DNA of 64,000 nt from contig CM106585.1 in NCBI GenBank assembly GCA_048013815.1, positions 19,964,001 through 20,028,000 on the forward strand. Direction: 5' to 3'. The position numbers were made by a program, and so were the translations under genes. The notes below the pieces were generated by a model that was not told where the DNA came from, searched no databases, and saw nothing but the letters and a program-made list of their open reading frames with translations. Positions 37,677-49,950 of this stretch are shown here, piece after piece (within the stretch, counting starts at the first letter, position 1; each line of letters starts with the position of its first letter). This DNA is from Setoptus koraiensis (Eukaryota > Animalia > Arthropoda).

Positions 37677-37740
37677 GTTACATAACCCCGGCGTGTTACA
37701 TGACTCCGGCGTGTTACATAACTCTGACATGTTACATAAC
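37677..37740. repeat. 18-bp minisatellite carrying GTTACATAAC
   Basis: Cores at 37677, 37695 (variant), 37713 and 37731. Confidence 0.9.
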
Positions 37741-37898
37741 GCTGCTCGGTGTAAGGAGGCAACGCAATGCGGCCAAACATCATATCTGACGACAGCGACA
37801 GCAGCCAGGATATAGCGCATTATCGCCCTAGTGGCCCTAGTCCGTGTGTGACGTTTCGAGCGGCCGGCCTGCAAGCGACGACCGATGATCATTTGTTG

Positions 37899-37999
37899 CG
37901 CAACACGACGGCGGTTACGCAACACGCCGGCCGGTTACGCAACACGCCGGCCGGTTACGCAATACGATGGTCGGTTACGCAACACGATGATCGGTTACG
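37899..37999. repeat. 20-bp minisatellite x5 carrying CGGTTAC
   Basis: Cores at 37912, 37932, 37952, 37972 and 37992. Confidence 0.9.
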
Positions 38000-38007
38000 A
38001 AGCCGCT

Positions 38008-38082
38008 GATGACGATGATGATGACGATGATGACGATGATGACGATGATGACGATGATGATGATGACGATGATGATGATGAT
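38008..38082. repeat. (GAT/GAC)n microsatellite
   Basis: About 25 trinucleotide units, intronic. Confidence 0.95.
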
Positions 38083-41000
38083 GGTGCCGACACTTGATAC
38101 GGCGCAACAAGTGCAACCGTGTTAACTAACCAATTTTGGCCGGTAGCGGCCAAAGTTGCGCAATAACGCGATAACGGGGCCCATTGTTGACCGTTGGCCG
38201 GCACAATGGCCACTTGTGAGCGTTTGGCATTATGCGCTACCTGTTGAACTGTCGAGCGCTCGTTGCGAGCGCAATCAACGTGACCGCCACAAGCCTCCAG
38301 TCCTGCGAATCTCAAGTGGCCACTTGTGGCCATTCTCGCAACAGGTGAGCTCTCAGGCAACCTCACAGGTAACCTTACACAGGTGAGCTCACCTGAGCTG
38401 TTGCTGCAAGCAGCGGGTAGCAGCGGGCAACGGTTAACAAGCGAGCAGCCGATGAGCAGTTAAGCGGTGAAGTGTTGATGAGCGCATCGTGATAATAACT
38501 GTTAATTATAATTGTAATGACGTAATCATGTGTTGGCCGTTGCTGTCGTTGCTGCTGTTGTTGTTGCTGTCGTCGTTGCTGTTGTTGTTGCTGTCGACGT
38601 TGTTGTTGTTGTTGCTGTCGTCGTTGTTGTTGTTGTTGTTGTTGCCGTTGAGTCGTGCATTTCGCTCACTGCAGTGTCTCGCCATGGGCAGCTACGCGAG
38701 CGACACAAGTGCACAAAAGTGGCCATCATCGCGGCCCTCATTATGGCGAGTGGATAATGTTGCCGTGGCAACTGTCGACCGTCTATTAATCGACACGACC
38801 GGCGGCGATTGTTTGCGCGCGGCACGACCGCGCTCGCTCGCAAATTGGCCGCTCGTCGCCGGCCCATTGTGGGCCGCAATTTGTGGGCCGCAAGCCGCAA
38901 AATGGTGCCCGTCTTGACAACATTTTCGGGCGCCTTTCCCGGAGCCCGTCGCTGGCGTGCTCCGTTTTCGAGGGCACTTTTCGAGGGCGTGCGCTGTTTC
39001 CGGAGGCATTTCTCTGGGCCTGTCGCTAGTTTTCGCCGTTTTCGGGGGCACTTTTCGGGGGCGTGCGCCGTTTTGGAGGGCACTTTTCGGCGCTTCCGCG
39101 CCTATGTTCGGGCGCGGCCTCGAAGCGCGGCTCCAAAACTGGTAGCGTAACCGTGGCATAGAGTATGGAGTTACCGAGGGCATACCCGGCCGGCCGCTGG
39201 CATCCGCCAGGCCGACGGCGCGGCCAGAATCAATCTGTTTGCCTGTGTGGTTTCGGTGGAGAGTGATTGGTCGGCCGGTGGTTGGCGGTGGTTGGCGGTG
39301 GTTGGCGGTGGTTGGCGCTGTTGTTGGCGTTGCGGTCGGCGCTGGCCAGCGTCGGAGCTATTACCTGTGGAGCTGCGACCATTACCGCCACCAACTCGCT
39401 TTGTCTACTGCAAAGTCGCTAGCGTTATTACCTGTGTGTGCTTGTAAGATGTTATGCAATCGGCACGACGCAGATTCTCTAGTGTGTATTGCGTAATGTA
39501 CTGATACGCTTCAGCATCGGTGGTGCGCTGTATTACGCAATACTTAAATCGGTTGTCGTATTCCAACAGTGTGTGTGTGTTATGCAATGTATTATGTGTA
39601 TTACGTAATGTGTGTATGGGCAAATGAGCTACTGGTGCCAAGGCTGCCAATGCGGCCGGCTGACAGCAGCGCCGGTGAGCCAGCCAGCGGAGGTCAATGG
39701 ACGAGGCGAAACCGCATGAAGAGACGCACGCAACCGATAGATGCGAACAAAGTGTTTTACCTGTGTCTGCTTAATACTAATCTCCGCCGCTCGTTGTTGT
39801 TATGCAACACAGCCAGACAACAACAGCGACAGCGACAACAACAACAACAACATCAACAACAGCATCAACGACGACAACGACGACAACGACAACAGCATCA
39901 CCTGTTGCAGCAGCCAGACGGGCGAAGAGACAATTTGTGGCAGCAAATGAGCCGCCGGCAGCAACCTGCCGCGCTGCTGCGTGTAATGGAATTACGGCCG
40001 TCCGATCCCGTCCGCTCGGCCGCGATCCGCCGCGGTCCGATCCGGTGCCATCGATCATTTATTATTATTACGCAACCAGCATTGTCTAGACAAAGCTCAT
40101 TACGTCGGCGCTCGGCGCGACACAATAACGTCGCATTGTCTGCATCTCTGAATCATTGCATCGCAATCAATGATTGCGTCGCGTCGCAATCATTACGTAA
40201 TGTTGCTGCATCACAGCGGCACGCGTCCGCCGGCACGGACAGCTCGCAGTTCCCATTGCCCTTGACTCAAGAGTCTTGCTTTGCATTGCTGACTCTTGCA
40301 ACACTCTTATGTCTTGTGTCTTGCGTCAGCTGCTAGCTTGACACTTCGTTTGCCCGCGCATCCATCATTTATCGGTCAGCTGACTTGCAGTCAGCTGGCA
40401 GTCAGCTGACTGCCGGCTGTCAGTGCTGCAAACTGACGACCGGCGATGTGTCACATTATTATATGCATGTGTCATTCTATATATACAATGTTCGCTGGTG
40501 ATTTGCGTCATTGTGTTGCGCTGATTGACGCACTGAAATATGAGCAGCTGACACTTGACTTGCGAGCTGTCAAGACTCTGCACTCAAGAGTCAGAGGCGG
40601 GCCGGCGGGACGGACGGGCGGACGGGCCGGCGAGAGAGCCAGCGGACGAGAGAGCGGCGGGCGAGAGAGCGGCCGACGAGAGAGCGGCCGACACAAGTGT
40701 GTCGGGCGGAGTTGTCTCCGGCGTCTTTGCTCTCTCCCTGTCGCATCTAATCGCTCTGTTGCGAGAAATTTTTTCTTACTTTCGGCCATTCACCAATGTG
40801 TGACCATCGGCGACATCGATATCGAGCGAACGACATGGAGCAGATATAGTCTGCAGATATAGAATGTCTCAATTGGCCACACTAAGCAGCCACGGTCGTG
40901 CAATATGACAAATGGCTGGCGAGCTAGTTAGCCGCCGGTGGCCGCTGGCCAGTGACGCAGCGCACAGGTGAGTGTCAGGTTGCATCGGCATCGGCATCGG

Positions 41001-42871
41001 CATTGGATGTCTCAGCTGTGGCCGTTGGACTGTCGCTGTTGTGGTTGTGACTGTTGTCAATGTTGCCGATGTTGTCGTCGAAGTCGCTGCTGTCGTTGTC
41101 GTTGTTGTCGCTGCTGTCGTTGTCGGTGTTGTCGGTGCTGCTGTTGCGTTCATGGCGGCGCATCAGCATGAGCCGGCGCGATGGCAGCGGCCACAACAAT
41201 GGCTATGCTTGTCACAATAATTGGCTGCCCTCTCATCTCGAACAGCCGAGCGTCCAGCTCGAAGCCTGCGACGAGCCGGCTCGATGTGTCGCCGAACTCG
41301 CTCGGCTTCTTGTCGTTGGTTGCCGATTGCGCCGGACAAGCGCTGCCAGCCAACATGCCAGCGGCCGCTGCCGGCCGGTCGGTGGCGCTATGCTCGATTG
41401 GAGTCGCTCTTCGCAGCCGACCGGCCAGCGCTTCTGGCTCGCCCGATCGAGCCGTTCGAAGCGTCCGCGGCGTTCGGAGCGTCCGAGCGTCCGAAGCGTT
41501 CGAAACGTTCGAGCCGTTCGCACTGCGAGCGTCCGAGCGCTGCGAACGTTTTGGCAGGCGCGCCTGCCGACGAGCGCGCCGACACGGATCCAGCGAGCCG
41601 ACAGGTGAGCCTGTCCGTTTTGTTGGGCCGGCGAGCTTCAGTCGGGCAACAGTTTCCAGTGCTGGCCACCAGTCGCTGTTGCGTTGGCCCGCTGCCCGCA
41701 ACAACAACAAGTCGGCAACAACAACAAGTCAGCAACAATTCGCACAACGGCACCGTCGAGAGCGCCGCTCCGCACCGGAAGTGCCGTTTGTTTGCGTTCA
41801 GCGGTGGCCAGCCGCGCACCGGTAATTATTCTGGCCGCGGCCGCTTACCGCTTGCTGCTTGCCTCTTGCATCATCACGATCAGCTGGTCAGCTGTGTAGC
41901 GGCAGCGGCGGCGGCGGCACCATCTTGATCAGCTGATCAGCTCACCTGTGCCGCCGATGATTTGTTTGCTGCTGGCAGCGGGCGCGTCAGCTGATAATTG
42001 CGTTGCCGCAAAAAGCAGGATGCGGCCCTAGGTGGCCGCTGTACAGCGCTCTGTGCAGCGTTCACACATGCTCACAATGGTCAGTCGAATTTAATTCGAG
42101 CGTAACACCGCTGGCCACTGGCGTTGCGTAACACTGGCCACTGGCGTTGCGTAATAGCGGCAAGTGGCGCCGCTGATTGTGCCACTGATTATGCAATCAC
42201 TCACACAGCGCGATCAGCAATCAACGCTGCGCCTGATGATGCGCCTGTTGCGTCATGCCCGTTGCATCATCGGCGTAACGTATAAGTAACGTATTATGTA
42301 TAATTTGATAGTGTGTCGACAGGTGAATAGGCCGCCAATTAGGCTGACCGGCGCGGGTCAATAGACAGCCGATGCGCATAACAATGAGCGAATTGTGGCC
42401 AAGGTTGGCCGTTTAGTCGGCCTGATTGGCGTGATTAAGGCGCGATTCCGGTCGGCCGAACGGGCCGAACCGGCCCGAATCGGCGCCAATCGGCGCAAAT
42501 TCGCACGCTCGCCCTGCCGCTACTCCGGTCGCAACTGCCAAACTCACCTGTACGGCACCCACTCAATTGGCGTCCGCTGCGACGCCGACAGACACAGCAA
42601 TGTACTGACTACATTGTAGTGACCACATTGTAGTGACAATTTAGCGACTACATTGCAGTGCAGTGACTACAAATCAAACTGCAAATTTGGCCAGTGGCGC
42701 CCTTCGAGCGCGCTCGCCGTGCGCTCAACGGTGCCAATTTATAACTTTGGTCTTAATCGCCAGAGTGCAAACACTGATTACACTGTACAGTTACGCACAT
42801 ACGCGGTGCGACATGCAGTTGTCGGCTGGCGCCCGCAGCTCACAGCAGCTAATTCCGTCCCATCAAGCGGT

Positions 42872-42945
42872 CGGAATTGGCGGTCAGAATCAGCGGTCAG
42901 AATCAGCGGTCAGAATTGGCGGTGAGAATTAGCGGTGAGAATTGC
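42872..42945. repeat. 12-bp minisatellite (GCGGTCAGAATC/T) about x6
   Basis: Direct inspection. Confidence 0.85.
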
Positions 42946-43672
42946 ACTAAAACTGGGGTTTTCGCGCGCCAAACAGTCCGTTTGTCGTGGATGCCGGGGC
43001 AGAATCTGACGCCGGCGCGGTCGGACAGCCGGCGAGCGGCGCCCGAACGGTGCCGTTGATATTGTTGTGATAGCGTTGTGGCCACTCGCGGCACCGGGCC
43101 GCACTCAATGGTGTTGCGCAATAGTGCCCGAGAGATTATCGCCGGCCCGAACCGACCGCCTGTCCGCTAATCCGCCGATTCGGCGATTCGCTCATTTGCA
43201 TTAACCGGCCAATTCGGCGATTCGCTCATTTGCATTGACCGGCCAATTGGCCAATTCGAATTCGCGGCCAGTGCAAGCGTCGGCGCTGCTCCACTTTTGC
43301 GCCGCCGGCCAACACTGCGGCCAACTGTGGCGCCACTCTGACACACATAACAGACTCTGTTAAACAGAGTCGCCGAGCGAGCCGAAAGTTGTCAGCTGAC
43401 CGGCCGCTGACAAATGCGAAATGTCACTCGAAATGTCACAGCTGACGGCTGCCAATCAGCTGACGCCCACTGACAGCCGACGCTTTTTTGCGTGCGCTGT
43501 CAGTGTCACCACTCACAATTGTCAATCTCGCTTGCACTCGCTAGCCCACTTACTATCAGCAGCTTGATTGCGTAATAACAATTGCATCATCTCTTTCTCT
43601 CCCATTCTCAAATGATTTTCCAATGATCCAATTCGCTGCGCGTCTGTCGACCGCGATTGTCGGACATTGCAG

Positions 43673-45457
43673 GCCACGCGCAGGCCCTCAAACAGAAGCG
43701 GCGCTGCCCGCGGGCGTGGACCTTCGAGCGGGTAGCCGGATACGAGATGAAGACGCGCCCCAGGAAGCGGCTGACGCTGCCCGCCAAGGAGCACTGTATG
43801 GAGGCGTGTCTGCTGGAGACCGAGTTCGAGTGCCGCTCGGCCAATTGGTACCGGAACAGCCGCGAGTGCAAGCTCAGCGACCAGGACAGGCACTCGGTGA
43901 CACAAACCGGCCCGAACGACCACATAATCAAGTCGTCGCTCATAGAGCATTACGGGCCGCTGGTGGCGCCCGGCCCGCACAACCAGCTCATGTACGCGGG
44001 CCAGGTGTATTATCCGGTGTCGCCGGCGACGGCGGCGCCCGGCTTCAACGAGGCCCTGCTGGCGGCGCGTCACAAGCAGCACAAGCATCAGCAGCAGCCG
44101 GCCGCCAGCGAGTGGTCGTGGCAGCAGCGGCCCGACCACAAACAGCTGCGGCCCGATTTGCGGGCGCGGGCCGGCCGCGTGCTCGCCCAGAACCAGAGCC
44201 GCGCCCAGCAGGCGTGGCCAGCGGGCGACAGTGCGGAGCAGCTCGCAAACGGGCAACAATTCGCGAACAGCCAGCAGCAATTTGCGCAGCACAACAACAA
44301 CAACAAATCGCTGTCGGCCGGCCAACAGGCCAAGTTGTCCAACACGGGCAACAACCCGTTCGCGGGTCTCGCGGACGACCCGGCGGAGCCGGGCAGCAGC
44401 ACGGGCGACACGGGCGCCGACGACGACGACAACCGCCTGTTCGTCGGTCAGCACCACCACCAGCTGCAGCAGTTATCACAGCAGCACCAGCAACAGCAGC
44501 AGCAGCAGCACTCGCAAACAATGTACCACCAGCAGTCGCTGGTGGCGCCCCTGGCGGGCGGCGCCGGGCCGGGCATGTCGGGCTCGGTGCAGCCCGCTTA
44601 CGCAATAGTGGACTATTTGGAGAACAATTGCATCTATGAGCCCAACAAGCTGTGCGAGTTTCGAAAGTTGCAAAATCGTATACTCAAAACGGTGGACAGC
44701 ATATATCAGGACATACAGACGCTAGACGAGTGCAAGCAAAAGTGCATCAACGCCCCCTATCGGTGCTACTCGTTCGACTTTGGCGACACCGCAAATCACG
44801 TGTGTCGCACGTCTCACCTGGACCAATCGTCGCTGACCACCGTTCAGGAACCGTATCTCGAGGTGATGGGCGCCATAACGTACGAGCTGGCGTCGTGTTA
44901 CCACGTGTCTATTACGTGTAAGGCGCGCGAGATGGTGGCCAAGGTGAAAACGAGCAAAATGTTCAATGGAAAAATCTATGTAAAATCTAGGCCAAAAACT
45001 TGCGTCAACGACATTGAAAACTCGCTAGAATTTGAGATACAAATGCGATATAATGATCGCGAATGCGACGTTAAATCCTCTTCGACGAGCAGCCAGGGAG
45101 TGTTCAGCAACGACATTGTCATACAGCATCACGATCGCATTGTCACAACGCAAGACGTGGGCCTCAGCATCCATTGTCAGTACGATCTGACCAACAAGAA
45201 CGTCACCAACAACGTCAATTTGGCCATCGACGGCCTCGACGACTCAATGGAGTCCAAGAACGACCTCGCGCCGGCCAGCGCCACCCAACAGACGGCCGCC
45301 AACGCCAACAAACCGTTCAAAATCACCAGTTTGGCCACCACGGTGGTCAAGTCGCCAAACATCAGCATGAGCATCACAAACATACACGGACAGCCCATCG
45401 GCACGGCCACCGTGGGCGACCGGCTGGCGCTCATGTTCGAGATCAAGGACAAATCAA
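43673..45457 (+). CDS. PAN/ZP protein exon 2: PAN-2, PAN-3, ZP-N
   Basis: Acceptor TTGCAG| at 43672, phase 1. CPRAWTFERVAGY, CRSANW...CKLSDQDR, DYLENNC...LCEF...RILKTVDSIYQD, CYSFDFGDT, IVIQHHDRIVTTQDVGLSIHCQYDL. Donor AA|GTGAGT at 45457/45458. Confidence 0.92.
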
Positions 45458-45571
45458 GTGAGTATCGCGTGATTGCGCCGTTGCGCAATCTCGACACATT
45501 TCCATATTTCAACATTTTTGCCGCAATCGCCGCGCGCTCGTTGCGCAAGCTCTCATCGCACAGCTCTGACC

Positions 45572-45627
45572 GCCACAGTCTGGCCGCCACAGTCTGGCCG
45601 CCACAGTCTGGCCGCCAGAGTCTGGCG
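45572..45627. repeat. 14-bp minisatellite (GCCACAGTCTGGCC) about x3.5
   Basis: Direct inspection, about 115 bp after the exon 2 donor. Confidence 0.85.
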
Positions 45628-48065
45628 TAATCGCCGCATAATTCACCGGCTCGCCGCTGACTCGGGCGAGCCTTATATAATAAGGGTTGCCCGTAATGAG
45701 GTTGCGTAACGAGCGTTGCGCAATCACGCCAACATCGTGCTTCATGTGGGCCGCTGCATGCGCCGGCCCGCACGACTATGACGACAATGAATATGACGCC
45801 GAATGCAACCATGAATGACAAACGAGCGACACCGGCGCACACTGACAGCTCACAATTGCCAGTGACAATCAGCTGTCACGCACAGCTGATTGAACAGATC
45901 GAGAACAGGTGATTAGGTAATTAGCGGCGTCGCTTGTTGTTTTCGTTTGTTTGTCTCGTTTGTTTGTCTCATTTGTTTGTTTCGTTTCGTTTGTTCGGTT
46001 CGATTTTTGATGCCGGCGCGACACACGACGACTCGGTATGTGGCTCGATTGCGCAACGACATGCGTTGCATGTCGCACAGTGTGTGTGTGTGTGTCATAT
46101 TATGTAACTTACATAACATTATTATGACGTAACGTTAACAATTGTAGGTTTGGTTGGCCGAGCCGCATGGTGCCGTTGCGCAATTGCGCACCGCGGCCGG
46201 TGACACGACAGGTGATTTGTTGGCCAGATGAAGCGAGACTCGCTCGCCCGCCCGCCCGCTCGCTCGGGCACAACAACAAATCACTGCAAATCACAAGCGG
46301 CCCCACGGCTGCCCGATCCCGATCAGCTGGCCGACAATCAGCTGGGGCTAGTCGGGCTCGGCGAGCTGATTACCCATGAGCCCATCAAAACTTGCTGCAT
46401 CAAAACAAATTGTTATGTAAAAGTTACGTAATTGTCTGCTGTTATGTGATTGTGTGCTGCTGTTATGTTACATTGACAACAAATGTGACCATTGTCCGCA
46501 TGACATTTGCATTGTCACAACATGTCATGCGTGCTCTGACAAACAGCTGGCCAGTGACAGCGCGTTGCGACAGTCACTGCGACGGACAGTGCGACAACAT
46601 TGGTGACACTGCTGTGAGACGCATTACGCAATTGCACCACGCAAAACTACCTGTGCACCGACGGTTGAGGGCGCCACAAACGAGCGAGAGTCAACAACAG
46701 CGACCGGCCAACACAAACAGGCGAGCATTGTTTGCGGTTGCGTCACGTCACGATTGGCGCTGACTTGTTTTGACATTTATCATTTTGTTTTCGTTCGCAA
46801 TATTGGCCAATATTGCGCGCCAGTTCACTGGCGCAGCCCGTTGGCCGCTGACCCGCGCTCGCGTCGGTCGCGTCGGTCGCGTCGGGCCGGCCGGGTGCTG
46901 CCGACACAACAATGGCACCCAGCGCGAAGCCGCTCGCAAACCATCGGTCAGCGACAGTCGAGTCGCGATTGTCGATCGAGTCGCTACTGTCAGTCGCGCA
47001 TCGGACGCTCAATTGGCAGGCACAATTGCGCGCCCGACGCCGAGATATGCCGACGTATGGACGGTGCAATATGGAGCCGCGGTGCGGACGCAGGGCCAAT
47101 TATTGGCATTGTTGTGTCGCCCGTGTGTGCGGCGGCCGAGCGCGGCACGAAACTAGCCCGAGACGCGACCAGACTAGCGACAGACCGGCCAAACTGGCCG
47201 CCGACGGCACAGTCTGCGGTCGCGCCGGGCCGGCGCGTTTACTTTTGCTGGCCGGCGCGGCGACCGCAGAAGGACACTCTTGTTGGTCATCTTTTGATTG
47301 GCGTGTGTGTCCACAAAAGTGACTCTCGACTCGAGAGTCTCGAGCGCCGGCAGAGTATCGAGAACGGAGACAAACGCCGATCGTTGACCCTGCCAGTCGG
47401 CCGTCAGTGGCGATCGACTGGCTCGTTACGTAACTGGACCCGATGCGAGCCTCGAGTCGACAATCTCACCTGTCCTTGCCGTCATTTGTCGTCATTCGCT
47501 CTCGTTTGCGGGCGCTTCCTCTCGCTTGGCGCGGTGTCAGCCATTTTTGCTTTTTTGCTCTCGGGCGAGCGCGGAGAAAGTCGCCTCGGCGCTCATTGCG
47601 TCAGTGTCACTGTCAGTGTCTGACAGTGTCTGACGATCAGCGATGCGCGTATCACCTCATTCGTCACGTCGTCGACGCTGCCTAGTCGCTTGCGACCTGA
47701 CACATTCGCGACAACTATTCCGACACAAATTCAAATGCGGATTCAAAAATGTTGCCCACGCTCGGCTGGCAAACATTTTTGAGGGCTCGCGATTGAACGT
47801 TTAATTAGTGCGCTTTCACGGGCAACACGTGCCCTGTTTTTGCTCGCACTGAGCGGCTCGCAATGCGCCCCAACTTACAATTAATTAATGTTATTTAATC
47901 ATGATATTGAATGATTGATATGATAGTTGTTGCATCATATAAATGTGATGATATCACACGTATTTGTTTGACTGTTGGCTGCTGGCTCGGTTGGCGCCAC
48001 CGTCGGTCGCTCGGTGGTCGCTCTACCTAGGTATTGTTGGTTGCACTGTCAGTTGTCAGTTGTCG

Positions 48066-48122
48066 GTTGTCAGCTGTTGTTAAGTTGTGTGTCACTCTCA
48101 CAACTTAACAACAGCTGACAAC
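48066..48122. other. Perfect 24-bp inverted repeat with 9-nt loop (hairpin)
   Basis: GTTGTCAGCTGTTGTTAAGTTGTG / CACAACTTAACAACAGCTGACAAC. Confidence 0.9.
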
Positions 48123-49800
48123 TTTCATGTTGCGTAATGCTGATTGTGCCAGCTCGCCAGCTAGCGATTGGCCAACAACAAGTGGCACGGCGTGTCACGC
48201 CCATTTGCGTGGGCGTCACAACAGCTAGCGTCAACAGGTGACGAGAGATGCGACAGGTGAAGAGGTTGTCTTGTTATCGAGTTTGTTGTTGCACACACGA
48301 CTTTTGTTGCTGTCGTTGTCGTTGTTGTTGTTGCCGCTGTTGTTGTTGTCGTTGTTGTTGTTGCCGCTGTTGTTGTTGTCGTTGCTCATGTGAGCAGTGT
48401 CAGCGGTAATTATATTAGTACATATACAACAGTGTCGAGGTGTTAACATGCTCATTGCTCCATCAATGATTATGTAACAAGTTGCACAACAATACACTTA
48501 ATCGCCGGCTAGCTCACAAGCTCGACAGGCCCGCTTGTTACTGGCCAGCGTTGCCAGTTGGTGGTCAGTCGGTTGTTTGTGGGAATTAAATTGTGTTGAG
48601 CTTATTATCAACTATTATTATGAGCTGTGCGTGTGTGTCTGCCAGCAACCGACTGACCAGCGCAACGGCAGCAACAACGCCGACAACAGCAACGACAGCA
48701 ACAGCAGCAACGACAGCAACAGCAGCAACAACAGCAACGACAGCAACAGCAGCAACAGCAGCAACAACAGCAACGACAGCAACAACAAGTGCACAATAAT
48801 GGACAACAATGACGACGCTAGCTGTTGTGTTGCGCCATGTGTGTCACTGTCGGACAATGGCTGTTTGTGTTGATGCCGTTGTGCTGTTGTTACAGCAGCA
48901 GCACGGCAGCCAACATCAACATCAACAACAACAACAACATCAGCATCAACTCACCTTTCTAAGCCACTCATGTGAGCTTACAATGTAAGTCTATGTAAGC
49001 TGCTTATGTGCGCTTAGGCGGCAGTATGTGCAGTGGGCTTATGCAACATACATGTTATGTAATAACCAATTGCCACACAATTGCCCAATTGTGTGTGTGT
49101 GTTATTACGTAACATCAACGTGTGTCACTGCCAGCCAACTGCACCGGCTCATCTGGCCAGGTGAGCCGGCCGGCACTCACTGCCAGCCGGAATGGTTGTC
49201 ACGCCGGACGAGCGGTCAGTGGTGGCGCGTTTGAGCCACTGTCGGGCCGGTAGCTTCGTTGCGCTAATATTTCTATTTGTCAAATCTCTCTCCCTCTCTT
49301 ATAAAAATAAATGTGCGCGCGCAAACATGAAAATTTTTGTTTAAATTGGAGTGCAAAAAACAGTCAACATTGCGCAATGTTTGACTCTGATCATCAGAGT
49401 CTGATGTCGCCAAATGACAAAGGACAAGAGAAAGAGCGAGAGAGAGAGAGAATGACGAAAAACTCGAGACAAGTTTCATAAATAAAGTTTGCCGAATAAT
49501 AAACTTGAAACAAATTATAAACAAGAAGAAGCTGCCAGCCGACGGAATGAAGCGGCCACTTGTGAGCAATCGATGGCCGCTAATTTGATTGATGGTCGCC
49601 CTTGATTTGCGACGCCGGTGACGGGCCACTGATGGCAGTTGACTTTTGATTGACCTCAGGTTGTTGACACAAGCCGCTGCTTGCGAGCGTCTCAACCACA
49701 ACAATGCAAACAATATTCAATATTTCATTTGTTGTTGAATTATTGATTTCATTGTTGTTGGCGACGCAATTAGTCGCTGCTGAGCGCATTGTGCCCAGGC

Positions 49801-49950
49801 ATTGTCCACTGGCGTTGTCCACTGACAGCGTCCACTGACAGCGTCCACTGACAGCGTCCACTGACAACGTCCACTGACAACGTCCACTGGCACTGTCCAC
49901 TGGCACTGTCCACCGGCATTGTCCGCAGTGGACAATGTCAGTGGACGGTG
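49801..49950. repeat. 13-bp minisatellite (xxxGTCCACTGAC) about x9 followed by inverted units
   Basis: Direct inspection. The tail CAGTGGACAATGTCAGTGGAC is the reverse complement of about 1.5 units. Confidence 0.88.

Noticed and set aside
36375-37999. CRISPR-like appearance of the 18-22-bp arrays
   Set aside because: Units are contiguous with no unique spacers, there are no cas genes, and the context is eukaryotic.
34129-43121. Intronic ORFs including 39569-40336 (255 aa) and 41150-41928
   Set aside because: Derived from microsatellites and minisatellites. No splice-consistent or domain evidence.
43522-44639. 312-aa antisense and 338-aa overlapping-frame ORFs over ZP exon 2
   Set aside because: Expected from very high GC3 codon usage. 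No independent protein features.
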